A program made the position numbers and the translations under genes. Shown piece after piece: positions 1-13,113 of a stretch of DNA of 64,000 nucleotides (position 1 is its first letter; the number at the start of each line of letters is the position of its first letter). Source of the DNA: Octopus sinensis (lineage: Eukaryota); NCBI RefSeq assembly GCF_006345805.1, contig NC_043000.1, positions 99,138,001-99,202,000 on the forward strand. Direction: 5' to 3'. The notes beneath the pieces are model-generated. The model was given only the letters and a program-made list of their open reading frames with translations, had not been told where the DNA came from and ran no database searches.

Positions 1-822
1 TATACGCATCCAAATACGTGCATTTATATATATGTTTTGTAATACTATATGTGTGTCTTCTCACTCTCTCGCTCTCTCTCTGTACTTGTGTGTGTTTGCG
101 TGAGTGCGTGCGCGCGCTCACATATCTCTGGCTTGTTTTTCGAAATTAAGAAAACTGTAGTTAAACAGGTTTATGTTCCAAAGTGAATGAAAGAGATGCC
201 AAAGTTCAAGAAGGTGAGCTACATGTAATCGTTCCTCGAGTAAAAACTTTTACCTTAACTAATCTTTATGAAGTAAATTAACGTGAACATGTATAATGCA
301 GGGACCATTAATAGATTTTATAGAATACAGCTCTAGACATGATTTGGTGATATTTTAAATGCTTCAACCAAAAGTTAGTGTCACCATAGCCACAGATAAA
401 ATTGAATTTTTCCAATTTAACTACCTTTGGTTGCTTAATTGCACACTAATAAGTAGGCATTCTGTTAGAAACGATTCAATGTTATTAGTGTTGTTTAGTA
501 CTAAGTCTTTCTTTATTGTGCAGTCATCAGATAAAAGACGACGGACAACCCGTTTTATTTTTCTGTTTCGTATACAGTTTGTCTGGCAGTAGATTGTTCG
601 TGTGTTTCTCTTTTTTAAGACTGTAAGATGTATGATTTTAGGCAGTCTTGGCAGATATTTTTAGCAGACTGAGTGTCCACGAAGTTGTTTTCTCGTAAAG
701 TTACCAAGATTCAGTATCTTGTTACATATTAGACTTCGCAGTTTTAAATTTAATGAAATACGCTTTAGAGATTAGCTCTTTCGAAAGATACGATATGAAC
801 GTGTTTGTTTGTGTGTGTGTGT

Positions 823-825
<3 letters not shown>

Positions 826-893
<68 letters not shown>
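826..893. repeat. (GT)n microsatellite, representative of dozens of (GT)n, (TA)n, (TATG)n, (GATA)n, (ATT)n, (GTA)n and (GTT)n tracts
   Basis: Seen directly. Other large tracts: 1787-1870, 7790-8056, 8430-8990, 22660-23040, 36255-36740, 37390-37580, 43527-43640, 54425-54750, 63874-64000. Confidence 0.99.
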
Positions 894-897
<4 letters not shown>

Positions 898-1808
898 CTA
901 TGTGTGTGTTCTCATATGTTTTTATGTATGCGTGTGAAGGAGTACAATGGGGAAGTTTATGTTGGAAAACTAAGACGTCATAGTGTACATTTACAACAAG
1001 CGATAGTTAGTCTTCCCATGGTTGTGTATATATTGTGAGGGTGTTCTCATGACTTATCTTTCTATCATACAAAATACTTCTTTCTGTATTATTCCCTGGC
1101 GCTTTGGATTTTAAATAAACAGAAAGAACGACCGATAGAAATCAATACCTGATTGTTGTTACATTTGCTGTTGTTGTTACTCTTGTTGTTCTTGGTCTTG
1201 CTTTTATCGTTGCTGTTGTTGTTGTTGTTATGTTGCGTTGGTGGTTCCTGGCGCTGTTTGCTGATTCTGGTTAACATTACTGTGACTGATATTGTTGCTA
1301 TTATTGAAAGTGACGGAATAGAAGAAATGGAAGTGCACCGTAGAAAATTCCTTTCAATCATTTAGGTCTGTCTGTTATCCATTTCTGCTCTTCCTAGGCG
1401 CTCAGAACGTAAAAATCAGTAACAAATACTATATTTTGTCCAATACACTCTCAAACAATTTCGCCAATTCCCTGCTTTGGAATGACACTTTATTTTTATC
1501 GAACCCGGAAAGATGATAAGTGATAGTGATCACCTGAAGATTTGAACTCATAATGCTACTTACTCAAGCAAATAGTGCATTTTGTCAGCTAGTCTATCCG
1601 CTGCCCGGTCAAGTACTGGAGACAGTTTGTAAACGCATGTACTTCTTTTCTCCATATAAATTTGCACCGCGTTTCTAAACCTACAAAGCATTATCATTTA
1701 TATTGTTTGCAGTGGCAAAATATCAGGAATGGCAATTCCTGATATTCCTAACCAATAAATCAGTTATACTACTATCACTACAACTGCAAGTAGTAGTAGT
1801 AGTAGTAC

Positions 1809-1854
<46 letters not shown>

Positions 1855-2278
1855 TGTTGTTGTTGTTGTATTAATAAATAATAACAAAAACATTAAAATT
1901 CCATGCGTACTTTTGGAGCCAATATACAAGACCCTTCCCCATCACCATGACCACCGCAAGTTATTATAGGAGACGGGATTGGTGGTGGTTGTAGATAGGT
2001 GGATTAACCTCAGGATATTGATGGTAGGAATTCATGATCAACTTTAGAGGGATTAACTGTCATTTAGCTTTGTGCTAAATTCTTTGCAATTATTTAGATA
2101 AGTTATTTTATGTTCTTAGTTCAAATCATACCGGGGCTTAATTTTGCCTTTCATGTTCCCATAGAGGAAACATAGCAGGTGCCAGTCAGTTAATGGATAT
2201 CGATGTATTTAACCATACCATCCGTTTATAGACGAACAGTCTAGTATCTGAGGTAAAACGTTATCATGTCGGGGATTC

Positions 2279-2310
<32 letters not shown>

Positions 2311-2806
2311 ATGCAATTTCAATAATCATATTCTTCTACTGCTATGAGTAGAAGTAGCTGCATCGAAAGAAATGAATACTGTGAGTTGTCATCTGCATCC
2401 TTCCCACCACGTAGGCGGTTGTGAGAAAGTCTGAGAGAGAAGGAGAAAGAGAGAGGCACAGAAAGAGAGAGATAGCGGAGAGATAGAGAATAATTGGTCC
2501 CACTACTTGACTGCGTTATCTAACGCGTGTCATTAATTATTTTCAAGCAGTTGAAGTGTTACTTGAGGGAGATTTGAGGGAGATTTCAACACCTTGCCCG
2601 GACTTGTGCCTCGGAGGGGGAATTTCTAGGTGTAATCCCATAGTTATTCATAACCGAAGGAAATATTTACCCTTTTACTCATTATATGCGCATGTGTTTG
2701 TGTGTATGTATGTATGTATGTATGTATGTATGTATGTATGTATGTATGTATGTATGTATGTATGTATGTATTCATGTATGTATGTATGTGTATGTATATA
2801 TATATA

Positions 2807-2838
<32 letters not shown>

Positions 2839-2902
2839 TTGTAAAAAATGAAGTTCGAAAATGCTGCTGTATTATACAATTTTTAATTTTTATATATATA
2901 CA

Positions 2903-2945
2903 TTATAACATGTTTCAGTTCCTGAAATGAACTTTATCAAAAAAA
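2903..2945 (-). ncRNA. Decayed minimal hammerhead ribozyme at the PLE #1 3' end
   Basis: Minus strand: TTGATAA (CTGATGA with two transitions), AGTTC atttcag GAACT (perfect 5-bp stem II), GAAA-CATG-TT. The palindromic ACATGT is typical of dimer-type PLE hammerheads. Confidence 0.45.
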
Positions 2946-3320
2946 GTTATATATAAAAAAAGACAGCTCATGCCGTCAAACACAAGAAATTCATTTATAA
3001 TACACAACGGAGTCAGACATCTTAGAGTTCATGTATAGTTGATATATAGTTCATGTATAGTTGATATATAGTTTGAAGTATATGTTCAAAGTGTTCGATC
3101 CAGTGGCCCACGGTGGCGATACGTATTCAATACAAAAAACAGATCAAAGTGGTGGAAAGCGGTCAATACAGAAGATTGATATTTCCGAAAGAGCGAGGAA
3201 TTCATTTTTACCTTAAGCAAATGTGATGACCCATGGTGGATGTTCGCTGGGTGGTTCTAATGAGTTTTTGTGAAGTGCTCGGTTTTATAATGCCTGTTAG
3301 GTGGTCAATTCAGCGTAGCG

Positions 3321-3750
3321 TGACGTCATCAACGTTTTGACCAATCGTTTCGTTAGGTGGCTTTAGTCAAGTAGAACGGGACGTCATCATTATTTTGACC
3401 AATCGCTGCATTATAACTGCCTCTGTTTGTTTTCCTGTTTTGACCAGTCGCTTCGTTAGTCAAGTAGAACGGGACGTCATCATTATTTTGACCAATCGCT
3501 GTATTATAACTGCCTCTTGTTTGTTTTCCTGTCCTGACCAGTCGCTTCGTTAGTCAAGCAGAACGGGACGTCATGCAGATTCTGCCCAATCACGACTTAT
3601 AGCTACATTAGATCTGCCCCCTGTCTGTACTTGTTAGGTGACTATTCAAGCAGAAAAGGACGTCATCAATATTCTGACTAATGACTGTCCCCTGTTTGTA
3701 TCCTGTCCATTCTAGCTGAGCTAGACGTCATCAACTTGTTGACCAATCAG
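3321..3750. promoter_or_regulatory. Six-copy array of a GACGTCAT-N9-GACCAAT (CRE-like + CCAAT) module
   Basis: GACGTCAT starts at 3322, 3380, 3473, 3567, 3659 and 3724. Each is followed after exactly 9 nt by GACCAAT (variants GCCCAAT, GACTAAT). Function is inferred. Confidence 0.65.
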
Positions 3751-3917
3751 AATCGGGTCTGACCCTTAGCTGTATCGTATGTATCAGGGTCAGATTTGCA
3801 CGAAAGAATTTTTTTCCCTTTTTTACTTAGGTATATTTCCGTCAGAGTGAGTGTCTGTTTGAAGTAGCGGTCGTGGTGGAATTTTGCTTCTCCTTTTCGG
3901 AGGACTTATCTTTTGTT

Positions 3918-4448
3918 TTAGTATTCCTGGCCCAGGGTGTTTAAACTTGGTCTAAATTTTTTAATGAAATATAGTTCTTTATTTTGGCGTTGTGTGAAGG
4001 TTGCGTTGTCACTGAATTTATAGAGCGGGTTAGTTGTAAATTTCGGATTTACATTTCCAGCACATCTATCTATGTGTCCGCTGACCGGTATTTTGCGGTA
4101 ATCAGGGTTTCTAATTTGTGATTTATGCACCGCCATCCTGTTACGTAAGCTATTTTTTGTATGGCCTATATACTGCCTATTGCAGCCTGCGCATGTTATG
4201 ACGTAAATTAAGTTTTCTGATGCGCAGGTGAAGTTTGTTCTAATGGTGAACTGGTGGCCTTGTTCCAGTATAAATTCTGATCCTTCTTTCAAGATGACAC
4301 AGATCCCGCAGTTGGGCCTTCCACATTTTCTAACTGCTGGTTTTGTGGTTGATGTTGAGTGCAGTGTAGCTTGGGTTAAAATCCTTTTCAAGGATTTTGG
4401 TTGCCGTTTACTTTTAATGATGGTGTGTGTTTCGAGGATCCGGTTCAT
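3918..4448 (-). pseudogene. PLE #1 GIY-YIG endonuclease domain
   Basis: KCGRPNCGIC...NLIYVITCAGCNRQYIGHT...LRNRMAVHKSQ...H...C...ELYFIKKF: the PLE GIY-YIG signature with CCHH residues. Confidence 0.9.
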
Positions 4449-4805
4449 CTTTGGGTCTCCTTTAGTAGGGCTGTGCTTTGTAGTATGGTGTTGAAGGCCT
4501 CATTGTTGAGTGGGTTGTGTGTAGAAATGTAGGGAAGGGTTTTTAATTGTTCTTTCTTTTTTGGTTTTGTTTATCTCAGGTCTTCTATACTTAATTTAAG
4601 TACCCGTTGGATTGCACTGTCTATTAGGGGCTGTGGATAGTTTCTATTTGTGAGTGTGGTTCTAAGTTCCTGGAGACGTGTGTGTCGGGTGTTTGTGTCT
4701 GATATTATGGTGCAAATCCTTCTAGCTAAACAAAAAGGGACATTCATTCTAGTGTGTCGTGGGTGGCATGAATCAAAGGGTAGGTACTGTTTAGAGTCTG
4801 TCGGT

Positions 4806-5515
4806 TTATAGTAGATATCTGTCTATATTTTGGCCGGTTTTCTTAATGAGGATGTCTAAAAATGGTAATTCTTTTTCGTTGTGGTCCATCGTGAATTGTA
4901 TATTGTCATTTATTCCATTTAATAGTATTTTAAATTCCTCAAGTTTCTCTATACCTTTGTCCCAGATGATGAAACAGTCATCGAGGTATCTTTTCCAGTT
5001 GTTATGGATATAGGTGGCGAAGGTGTTTCCATATTTCTCGAGTGTCATCCGGTATAGTATTTTCTCGAGGTATCCCATCACTAGGTTGGCAAAAGATGGT
5101 GCAGTACGCGTGCCCATCGCTGTTCCCGATCTTTGCCTGTAGAAATCATTGTCAAAAATAAAATAATTGTTCTCTAAAATGAATCTAAGTCCTTCTATTA
5201 TAAGGTCTTTGTTTATGCGAGTTGGGAGTTCAAAGGGGTAGTTATTCAGCCAGAAGGTGATCGCTTCTATTCCTAGGTTGTGAGGGATGTTAGAATAAAG
5301 ATTAACTACGTCGAATGATACTAGAAGGGTTTTCTCACTGACTGTTTTAGGGAGGTGGTTGAGCATATCTATATCGTCTCTTACGTAGCTTTTGATGTGT
5401 TTTAGGAAAGGTTTAAGAAGTGTGTCTAAGAAATTGCTGAGGCGGTGAGTTTCACATGCTGGTCCTGCTATTATCGGTCTTAGTTTAAGATCATTTGGTC
5501 TTAGTTTAAGATCAT
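4806..5515 (-). pseudogene. PLE #1 reverse transcriptase remnant
   Basis: ORF 4806-5366 plus its in-frame upstream extension; motifs SFDVVNLY, GTAMG, YLDD. The frame breaks near 4806. Confidence 0.9.
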
Positions 5516-5533
5516 ATATATATATATATTATA

Positions 5534-5569
<36 letters not shown>

Positions 5570-5718
5570 TGTATGTATGTATGTATGTATGTATGTGTGA
5601 TTCACTCAGCTTTACCAATCGACTTTCTAACCAGAGAACAGAAGTAACTATTAATGTTTTCTCAACAGCTTTTGCCGACAAGTGCCCGTATATATAATAT
5701 ATAGATATATATATATAG

Positions 5719-5750
<32 letters not shown>

Positions 5751-5755
5751 ATATA

Positions 5756-5802
<47 letters not shown>

Positions 5803-6510
5803 TGTCCGTATCTTTAGAGGTGTTTGTTTATGCAGTGACTTGAACTGTTGTAGTCTAGGTTTGTTGCAGCAACAGCCCATTCGTCTCGTGTACATGTGGT
5901 CTTACATTTTAGAAATTTTGTTTCATTTTATAATTAATATTCTGTATGGCCTATGTACAACTTATTATGATGCATTGGGTTCTCTGTAGTTTGTTGTAGC
6001 TTGTCATGGAAAGATTAGGAGTCTATGCAGGACTAACATTTGTTTTCGTTTCCGAATTATACATGTCTGAGCAGATCTATGATTAACAACATTCCATTCA
6101 TGACTAACCAGTCTTATTTTTTAGGCATAATATTTCTAGGACTGCATGCCGACTATGTCTCCTTTCATGTCATTATATTGTGATCTGAAGGAGATTAGGC
6201 TGCTAAATTTAGTAGAAGTGACCACGTAAATGCTTTATTACATTGTTTAATACAGCATGGAAAACATTAATTTTCATCATTTAACCTCTTCTAAAAAATT
6301 CGTGCGTGTACGGTTGGCTGACTGGAGTGCATGATAGACAAGCTGCACTAGAAAAGTCCGTAGAATTGATCCATACCCTCGGCATTGTCCTCTATTGCTT
6401 CCGTGATATAGATGTTCTATAATTCATTGTATGTATGTATGTATGTATGTATGTATGTATGTATGTATGTATGTATGTATGTATGTATGTATGTATGCAT
6501 GTATGTATGT

Positions 6511-6811
6511 TGTTTGTTCCTTCTCAAACCATACCTGGCTCATAAGGGCCGGTTTCCCGGTTTCCTTGGCGTATAGGTTCCCCACCTGGACGGGACGCCG
6601 GTCCGTCGTAGGTGAGCTGCAAGATGCAAGAGGAAAGAGTGAGAGAAAGTTGTGGCGAAAGAATCGGCAGAAGTTCGCCATTACCTTCTGCCGGAGCCGC
6701 GTGGAGCTTAGGTGTCTCGCTCATAAACACACATCGCCCGGTCTGAGATTCGAACCCGCGAATTCTCGACCGCGAGTCCGCTACTCTAACCACTAGACCA
6801 TGTGCCTCCAC
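6511..6811 (-). mobile_element. tRNA-derived SINE with a V-domain-like body
   Basis: Head has A box TGGTCTAGTGG and B box GGTTCGAATCTC. Body contains GGCGTCCCGTCCAGG, and the element sits in (TATG)n. Confidence 0.7.
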
Positions 6812-7081
6812 ATGTATGTATATATGTATGTATGTATGCATGTATGTATGTATGGATGGATATATGGATGGATATTGTTTACGAAACATATATGTATGTA
6901 TGTATGTATGGATGGATGGATATATGTATGGATATTGTTTACGAAACACTCCCATATAAACAGTGGACGATTATTTATATTCCGCTTTCGTTCAATCTCA
7001 CGTTATGGCTTTTACTCGTCATTCTCACGTAACTCATTTTATGCTTTTGCATTATTCTTTAATTCTCATTCCTTGTTACAG

Positions 7082-7151
7082 ATGTTGGAATATAAACCAA
7101 AGACGTGGAATCCTGTGGATTATTAGGGCTCCACTGGTGCTGATCATTGTG
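7082..7151 (+). CDS. Internal exon of a class B1 (secretin-family) GPCR, ECL2 to start of TM5
   Basis: Acceptor ttctcattccttgttacAG and donor GTG|GTAAGT. The 70-nt exon (phase 2 to 0) reads x-CWNINQRRGILWIIRAPLVLIIV, the class B1 CW...WII(R)xP motif. The same exon in GHRHR/PTH1R has this phase pattern. Confidence 0.85.
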
Positions 7152-7912
7152 GTAAGTTCTGATTACTTTCTATAGTTCTTGTTCTTAGTTATGAATTGAA
7201 CATAATTACTACTTGTGGACCAGTATTTCAACAACAAAGATGACGAATGCTAGCCATAAAGCGTCAATAAAACAGAAAATAAATTAAGGCGACGCTACAA
7301 CACAGCTGCAATATTACAAGTGAAACCATTAAAAGAATAAAAGAATACAACATAAGTTCTTGATTTATTTAAATTATCTCTTCCTAATGAGATAATATAA
7401 TCGCCTGATAGCGAGTAGAATCAACACCAAATGGAAAAAGGCTATGACCTCAACGGTCAAAACTTTTTTACGGTTAACATGCCATAAAAACCTGTTTAAC
7501 TGGAGGCAAGAAGACAGTTGTAAAAATGTGCTTCTACTTCAATAAGTTTTCTCAGCACAGCAGGTGTCATACCTTCTTTCCAGCAGGCGAGATACTTATA
7601 CGTATCCAAAACGAAAAGTGTGGAACAAATTTATGGCATAGGAAATTTGCATATTACAAATGAAAATGAGCGAAAAGAAATCATTCAGATTAGCTAATGG
7701 GGTGTATGTGAACAACAGAAACGAATGAACGTATCTTAAATACAATACAAAACATTCTTGAGTTATTTCCGCTCCTAGAGAAAGTAAAACAGTTTGATAC
7801 ATACATACATACATACATACATACATACATGCATACATACATACATACACACATACACCTTCATGAATATATACATTGCGTATATGTATGCACATATATA
7901 TATGTGTGTGTT

Positions 7913-8420
<508 letters not shown>

Positions 8421-8431
8421 TACGTGTATGG

Positions 8432-8487
<56 letters not shown>

Positions 8488-8592
8488 TATATATAGGTAG
8501 ATACATTTGTATGTATGTATGTATTTATGTACGTATATATATGTGTGTGTGTATGTGTATATACATAAACATAAATATGTATGTATATATGC

Positions 8593-8645
<53 letters not shown>

Positions 8646-8917
8646 ATGTGTGTGTGTGTAATACACTCATGCATCTGCATATATGTACGTATGTGTACAA
8701 TATATATGTATGTATTTTTATACATACATATATACATATATACGTACATACACCTTCATGCATATATGCATACGTATATGTATATATGTATATATGTCTA
8801 TGTATGTATATATATATATGATACACGCATATATCTGCATATCTGTACATATGCATACATGTATAATGTATACATATTTACATAATACATACATACATTC
8901 ATACATATATGCATGCA

Positions 8918-8974
<57 letters not shown>

Positions 8975-8999
8975 CACACAAACATACACATAGTCGTAT

Positions 9000-9580
9000 G
9001 ATGTATGTATTGAAAAGACATGCCCGTTGTTTTGTACATGGACAACATACCACCGTTGAACAATATTCTGGTAGAACGCCTATTTCCCACTTAGAATATG
9101 CCTTCTGACATTCCATATCTTAAGCATCACTATAGAAAAACTATATATCAATCCATAAAGATGAATGCGACAAGAATCAACTCAGAAGTTCACCATGTTC
9201 TTTACCACAAGGAGGGCGTGAAATGCAAAACCTAAAGTTCTGAATGGTCTTTGGTATGTGGAAAAGACAAATGGATTAAGAGGCAATGACCACTTACCCA
9301 AGCCAAGCTGCAGTGATAAATCAAACACCCTGATTTCACGATTTGGTCAGACATGATAAAAACAGACTTAATCATTGAGTTGACGATGACTTGGGGAGAT
9401 TATACAGTGTGCAGTGCTTCTAAATAAATGGAAGCCGTGGTTTAAATGAAAGTCGTGGTTTTGAGGCAAGATCTACGCTGTCCTATTTATCTAGCCAGAA
9501 ATTAGACAGGATAACAGAGCAGTAATCACTGAAATTCAGAGAGAAGTGAGGAATACGTCTTTATGGATATAGTAAGGTAA
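9000..9580 (+). pseudogene. Highly decayed RLE-type (Hero/NeSL-like) LINE 3' fragment
   Basis: From 9329 it reads PDFTIWSDMIKTDLIIELTMTWGD, like the PDxVxWS...IIELTxPWE RLE motif. SLWI occurs near 9570. Confidence 0.45.
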
Positions 9581-11182
9581 CGTGAAAGAAAGACCAAAGC
9601 TGTGATTAAAATTACAATGACAATTGGAAAGAAAATTGCTATCAAGTAATGAAACAAATTAGATGCTGCGTACTTGAAATAGTTACAGTTGACTCCGGCT
9701 TGTGTGATACAATGGGCAAAAGGGAAAATTCATGCTACACTGAGAGCCAAAGTAACTAGGGCATTTCTGGAAGAGTCGATGTAACCCAGCATCACTCGAA
9801 GGCGTGACAATATTGAAAAAAAAACTTGCTTTGTTGTGGTCTCCGGGTAGACAGCTGATACGGATTGCATGATGAATGTAAATGTGTGTTTGTGTACTTG
9901 TGTTTTGTTTTTGCTTTATGCATGCGTGTGCCTTCGTGTGTGTGTGTGTGTGTCTTCATGTGTGTGTGTGTGTGTGTACGTGCGTGAGTGAGTGAGTGAG
10001 GGAATAAAAGAGTGTGTACGCATGCGCAAGTGAATAAGAGCGTATGTGTAGGTTTTTGTGTACAGTCACTTTATAATATCAGATATTCTGTGCTCTAATC
10101 CAGTAAAAATCAAAATAAATGAACTTTTGAAATGAACTCATGTATTATTTATATTCTGGACTATCCTGATATCATTGTAACTATATTGTAGTTCAAAATT
10201 TCGAAAAGCCGATCTTAAAAATATTTAAAGAAATATATGTGAAAATGTATCAGAAAATATTCTTCATACCATTACATATTCTAGATAAATGGTTAAATTT
10301 GAAGATAATGGAAATTGTAAATAGAAAGTTAAAAGTATTATCAGGTTTATTTAGTTTTTTCCGAGTTTTATTTAGTTTTTTTCCGAGTAGCGAAATTATT
10401 TGAGAGATTTTTGTGGTAGATTTTTACGATAACTGTAACTGACATATATTTCCCCGATAACTATAACTGATATATATTTCCCCGATAACTATAAATGATA
10501 TGATTCCTTACTTTTACACCTAACTATTCAAAATGCACGTGTGAGAACTTGTGATTGATTTTCGGTTACAGTATATAATTGATTTTCTTTTAACTTGGCA
10601 ACAGAGTAACTTAAGCAAGGGAAGGAGTGAACGTGTAGTGGCTGTTGATTTTATTTCCAGGTCAGTCCTGGTAATACAAAGGTATTTTAACCGTGACATC
10701 CCTTATTTTTGCTATGTGCAGGGATCACAGGACTATTTTATAACCAATGTGAGGTGTAATTCGAAGGAAATGTGGCTGCTATTTCTTGCTAGTCGAGCAA
10801 CCACATAGAGACTTACTCGGAGTAATTTTACTCTACAATTTTTTTTGCAATTGTCTGATAATTTATTGATGCCCAAATGCATTAGTAAATTAATACTGAT
10901 ATTTTTTTTTCACCGTTGTTCCAATCATCTCTCTCGAGTTGAACAGACGTGCTTTTTCTGCTGTGAAGCTAAGTACTTGTTGGTTTTACCTTGTTGTAGG
11001 CTTTCCCTTTTGGGATTACGTTTTGTTTGCTATTGTTTTTGTGTCTTTTGGCGCTCTGCTTGCGTTTGCGGGTTTGTGTTTATTGCTGATTTTCCCCCTT
11101 TTAGGAGCGAAACTTGTATTTTATGTGGAGTACGGAGAGCGACTTAACGGAGACTCAAAACACCGAAAGGGATTACGTGACT

Positions 11183-12200
11183 ATGGGCAAAAGAGACAGT
11201 TACGCACCAGCAGCCCAAGTCAACAGCGACAGAGTGAGTGTCAGACAGGCCAAACTCAAAGAATACATGGAATTATTAGAGAAGGAGGGGACGAATGTAA
11301 TATTAACTCCCTGTCACTCCGAGGAGAAAACCGTATGGTGCCAGACCTTTTCACTGGCAACAAAAAAAATAGAGATGGCATCTAGGGATGCTGTCGAAAA
11401 ATGTCTAAGCCAAATTTGGAGTGAAATAAAATTTCTAAAAAGAGAGCAACGTTTTGGGACGGTAGAGGTGAGGTTTGCTTCAGAAGAGGAAGCTTTAAAG
11501 CATTCTAGCACACCCCTGAAGTTGGCAGAACTGGTGTTACTGCCGACTTATCTCGGAAGAAGGACTTCCAGAATTAAAATTGGGGAAGTCCCTCCTGAAA
11601 TTGATGAGATGTAGTTGATAGCAGCAATAATGTTGAACTTAAAAGAAAGAAAAATATTGAAAGCAACCAAGACACAACAAAAAAATTGTGGGCTTGTGGC
11701 CTGGATATAACAATCCAGGTCACTCCTAGTGACCTAGAAAAGATCTCAGATCAAATTGTCCTACCAGACGAGACTAAACTCAGAATTAGAGTAGAGGGCA
11801 GAAGCCCAAGGTGTTATAATGTTATAAATGTGGGGGAAAGGGTCACTTAAAGGTCAAATGCTCTCAGGTTTCGCAACATGAGGCGTACCCTGTTCCTAGC
11901 ACACCACTACAACCAGAAGAACCAATAAGCGTCAGTTCTGAAAATCCCGCCAACCTAACAGACAAACCACAGGGGAAGAAACCGACCAACAGAGTTACCA
12001 ACCCAACACAAGACATCCCAAGAGAAAAGCAAAAAGTAACCGAGACCACAACAATGCAGCCCGAAAACAGAACCCTAGGAAGAAGCCTATCCGGAGACAA
12101 AATCAACCGAGATCATGCAACGAGGAAGAAGCAGCAACGTGGAAGAACCAGCTGCTAAAAGAAAAAGGGATACAAAAGATACTCCCCCAGAAAAAAAATC
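11183..12200 (+). pseudogene. Tx1 ORF1a (gag-like)
   Basis: MGKRDSYA...EVRFASEEEALKHSSTPLKLAELVLLPTYLGRRTSRIKIGEVP, and CYKCGxRGHLKVKC near 11820-11865. Contains stops and an 8-bp TGTTATAA duplication causing a frameshift. Confidence 0.75.
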
Positions 12201-12379
12201 TCAAACTTCACACAAAAAGAACAAGCATCTTACACGTTCATTTATAACCCATTTACAAAGGTCATTTCTCCACCATTAACACCCTGCAAAACATACACCA
12301 TCCTCTGTTCCACCCCTCCATACACTGACCCAGCACCTTCACATTCACTTGCAGACAATCAAAAGCCGCATACCCCACA

Positions 12380-13113
12380 GTCCTCGTCTCCCAAAACAGC
12401 ATTCATATTGACATAGTGACATACAATAGAAGTCCGGTTTAAAACGGAAGAAAAAGCGAAACAAGCGTCGACAACACCATTAAAAACGGCGGAAGTAGTA
12501 CTCCTACCTACTTTTCTTGGAAGGTAGACTTCCAAGATTAAGGTAGGAGACATCCCACTCGATGTAGACCCCATTTGGCTGGTGGTAGCCATAATAAACG
12601 GCTTGGAGGATAAAATCACAATTCTCCAAGCCCAAGCGCTAGAATTGCAAAATTAACAGGGGCAAGGCTTCGAGATAATTATACAAGCAGCCCCTGCCGA
12701 TTTAGAAAACATCATAGATTCTATACAGGTGAGAGAGACTAAGCTGAGAGTCATGGTAAAGGGGAGAAAGTCTCATGCTAAAAGTGTGGCTAAAAAGGCC
12801 ACATTAGGGACGAGTGCCAACCTCCCCGTGAAAAAGCAGCGATTCCACCACCTGTCGAAAAACAAAAGGATGAAGAACCAAGTGTGGACACATCTGAAAA
12901 TGAAACAGGGGAAGAGGAAATGGAAGAAGCCAAAGGCGAAGGGTGGGGGATATACTCCAGAAAAGTGAGGAAAATACCACCACCACCACTATTATCGCCC
13001 TCCAACCCCACTAACCCTACAACAAAACATAAAATACGACAATCAACAGAACACACAATCGCCACAAAATTGGAGCGAGGTAACGAGCAGGGTAACCCAC
13101 CGAACTCAGACAT
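12380..13113 (+). pseudogene. Tx1 ORF1b (second gag-like paralog)
   Basis: EVRFKTEEKAKQASTTPLKTAEVVLLPTFLGR*TSKIKVGDIP...C*KCG*KGHIRDEC, collinear with ORF1a. Confidence 0.75.

Larger units (their letters stand above)
2900..5515 (-). mobile_element. Penelope-like element #1, 5'-truncated (RT + GIY-YIG + 3' pLTR-like region)
   Basis: Minus strand reads LRPIIAGPACETHRLSNFLD...LVSFDVVNLYSNIP...GTAMGT...RYLDD, then a GIY-YIG domain. About 1 kb of non-coding 3' sequence follows, carrying repeats and a decayed hammerhead. Confidence 0.9.

Noticed and set aside
1089-1365. Overlapping ORFs rich in N, T, L and V
   Set aside because: Driven by an imperfect (GTT)n tract, with a stop immediately upstream and no domain.
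6962-7029. Possible TM4 exon (WTIIYIPLSFNLTLWLLLVILT) just upstream of the 7082 exon
   Set aside because: It would leave a 53-nt intron and starts in the wrong phase for the family's TM4 exon.
10660-10690. Apparent 21-nt micro-exon (ccAG|GTCAGTCCTGGTAATACAAAG|GTATTT)
   Set aside because: The sequence belongs to a dispersed repeat also seen near 51277 and elsewhere in the window.
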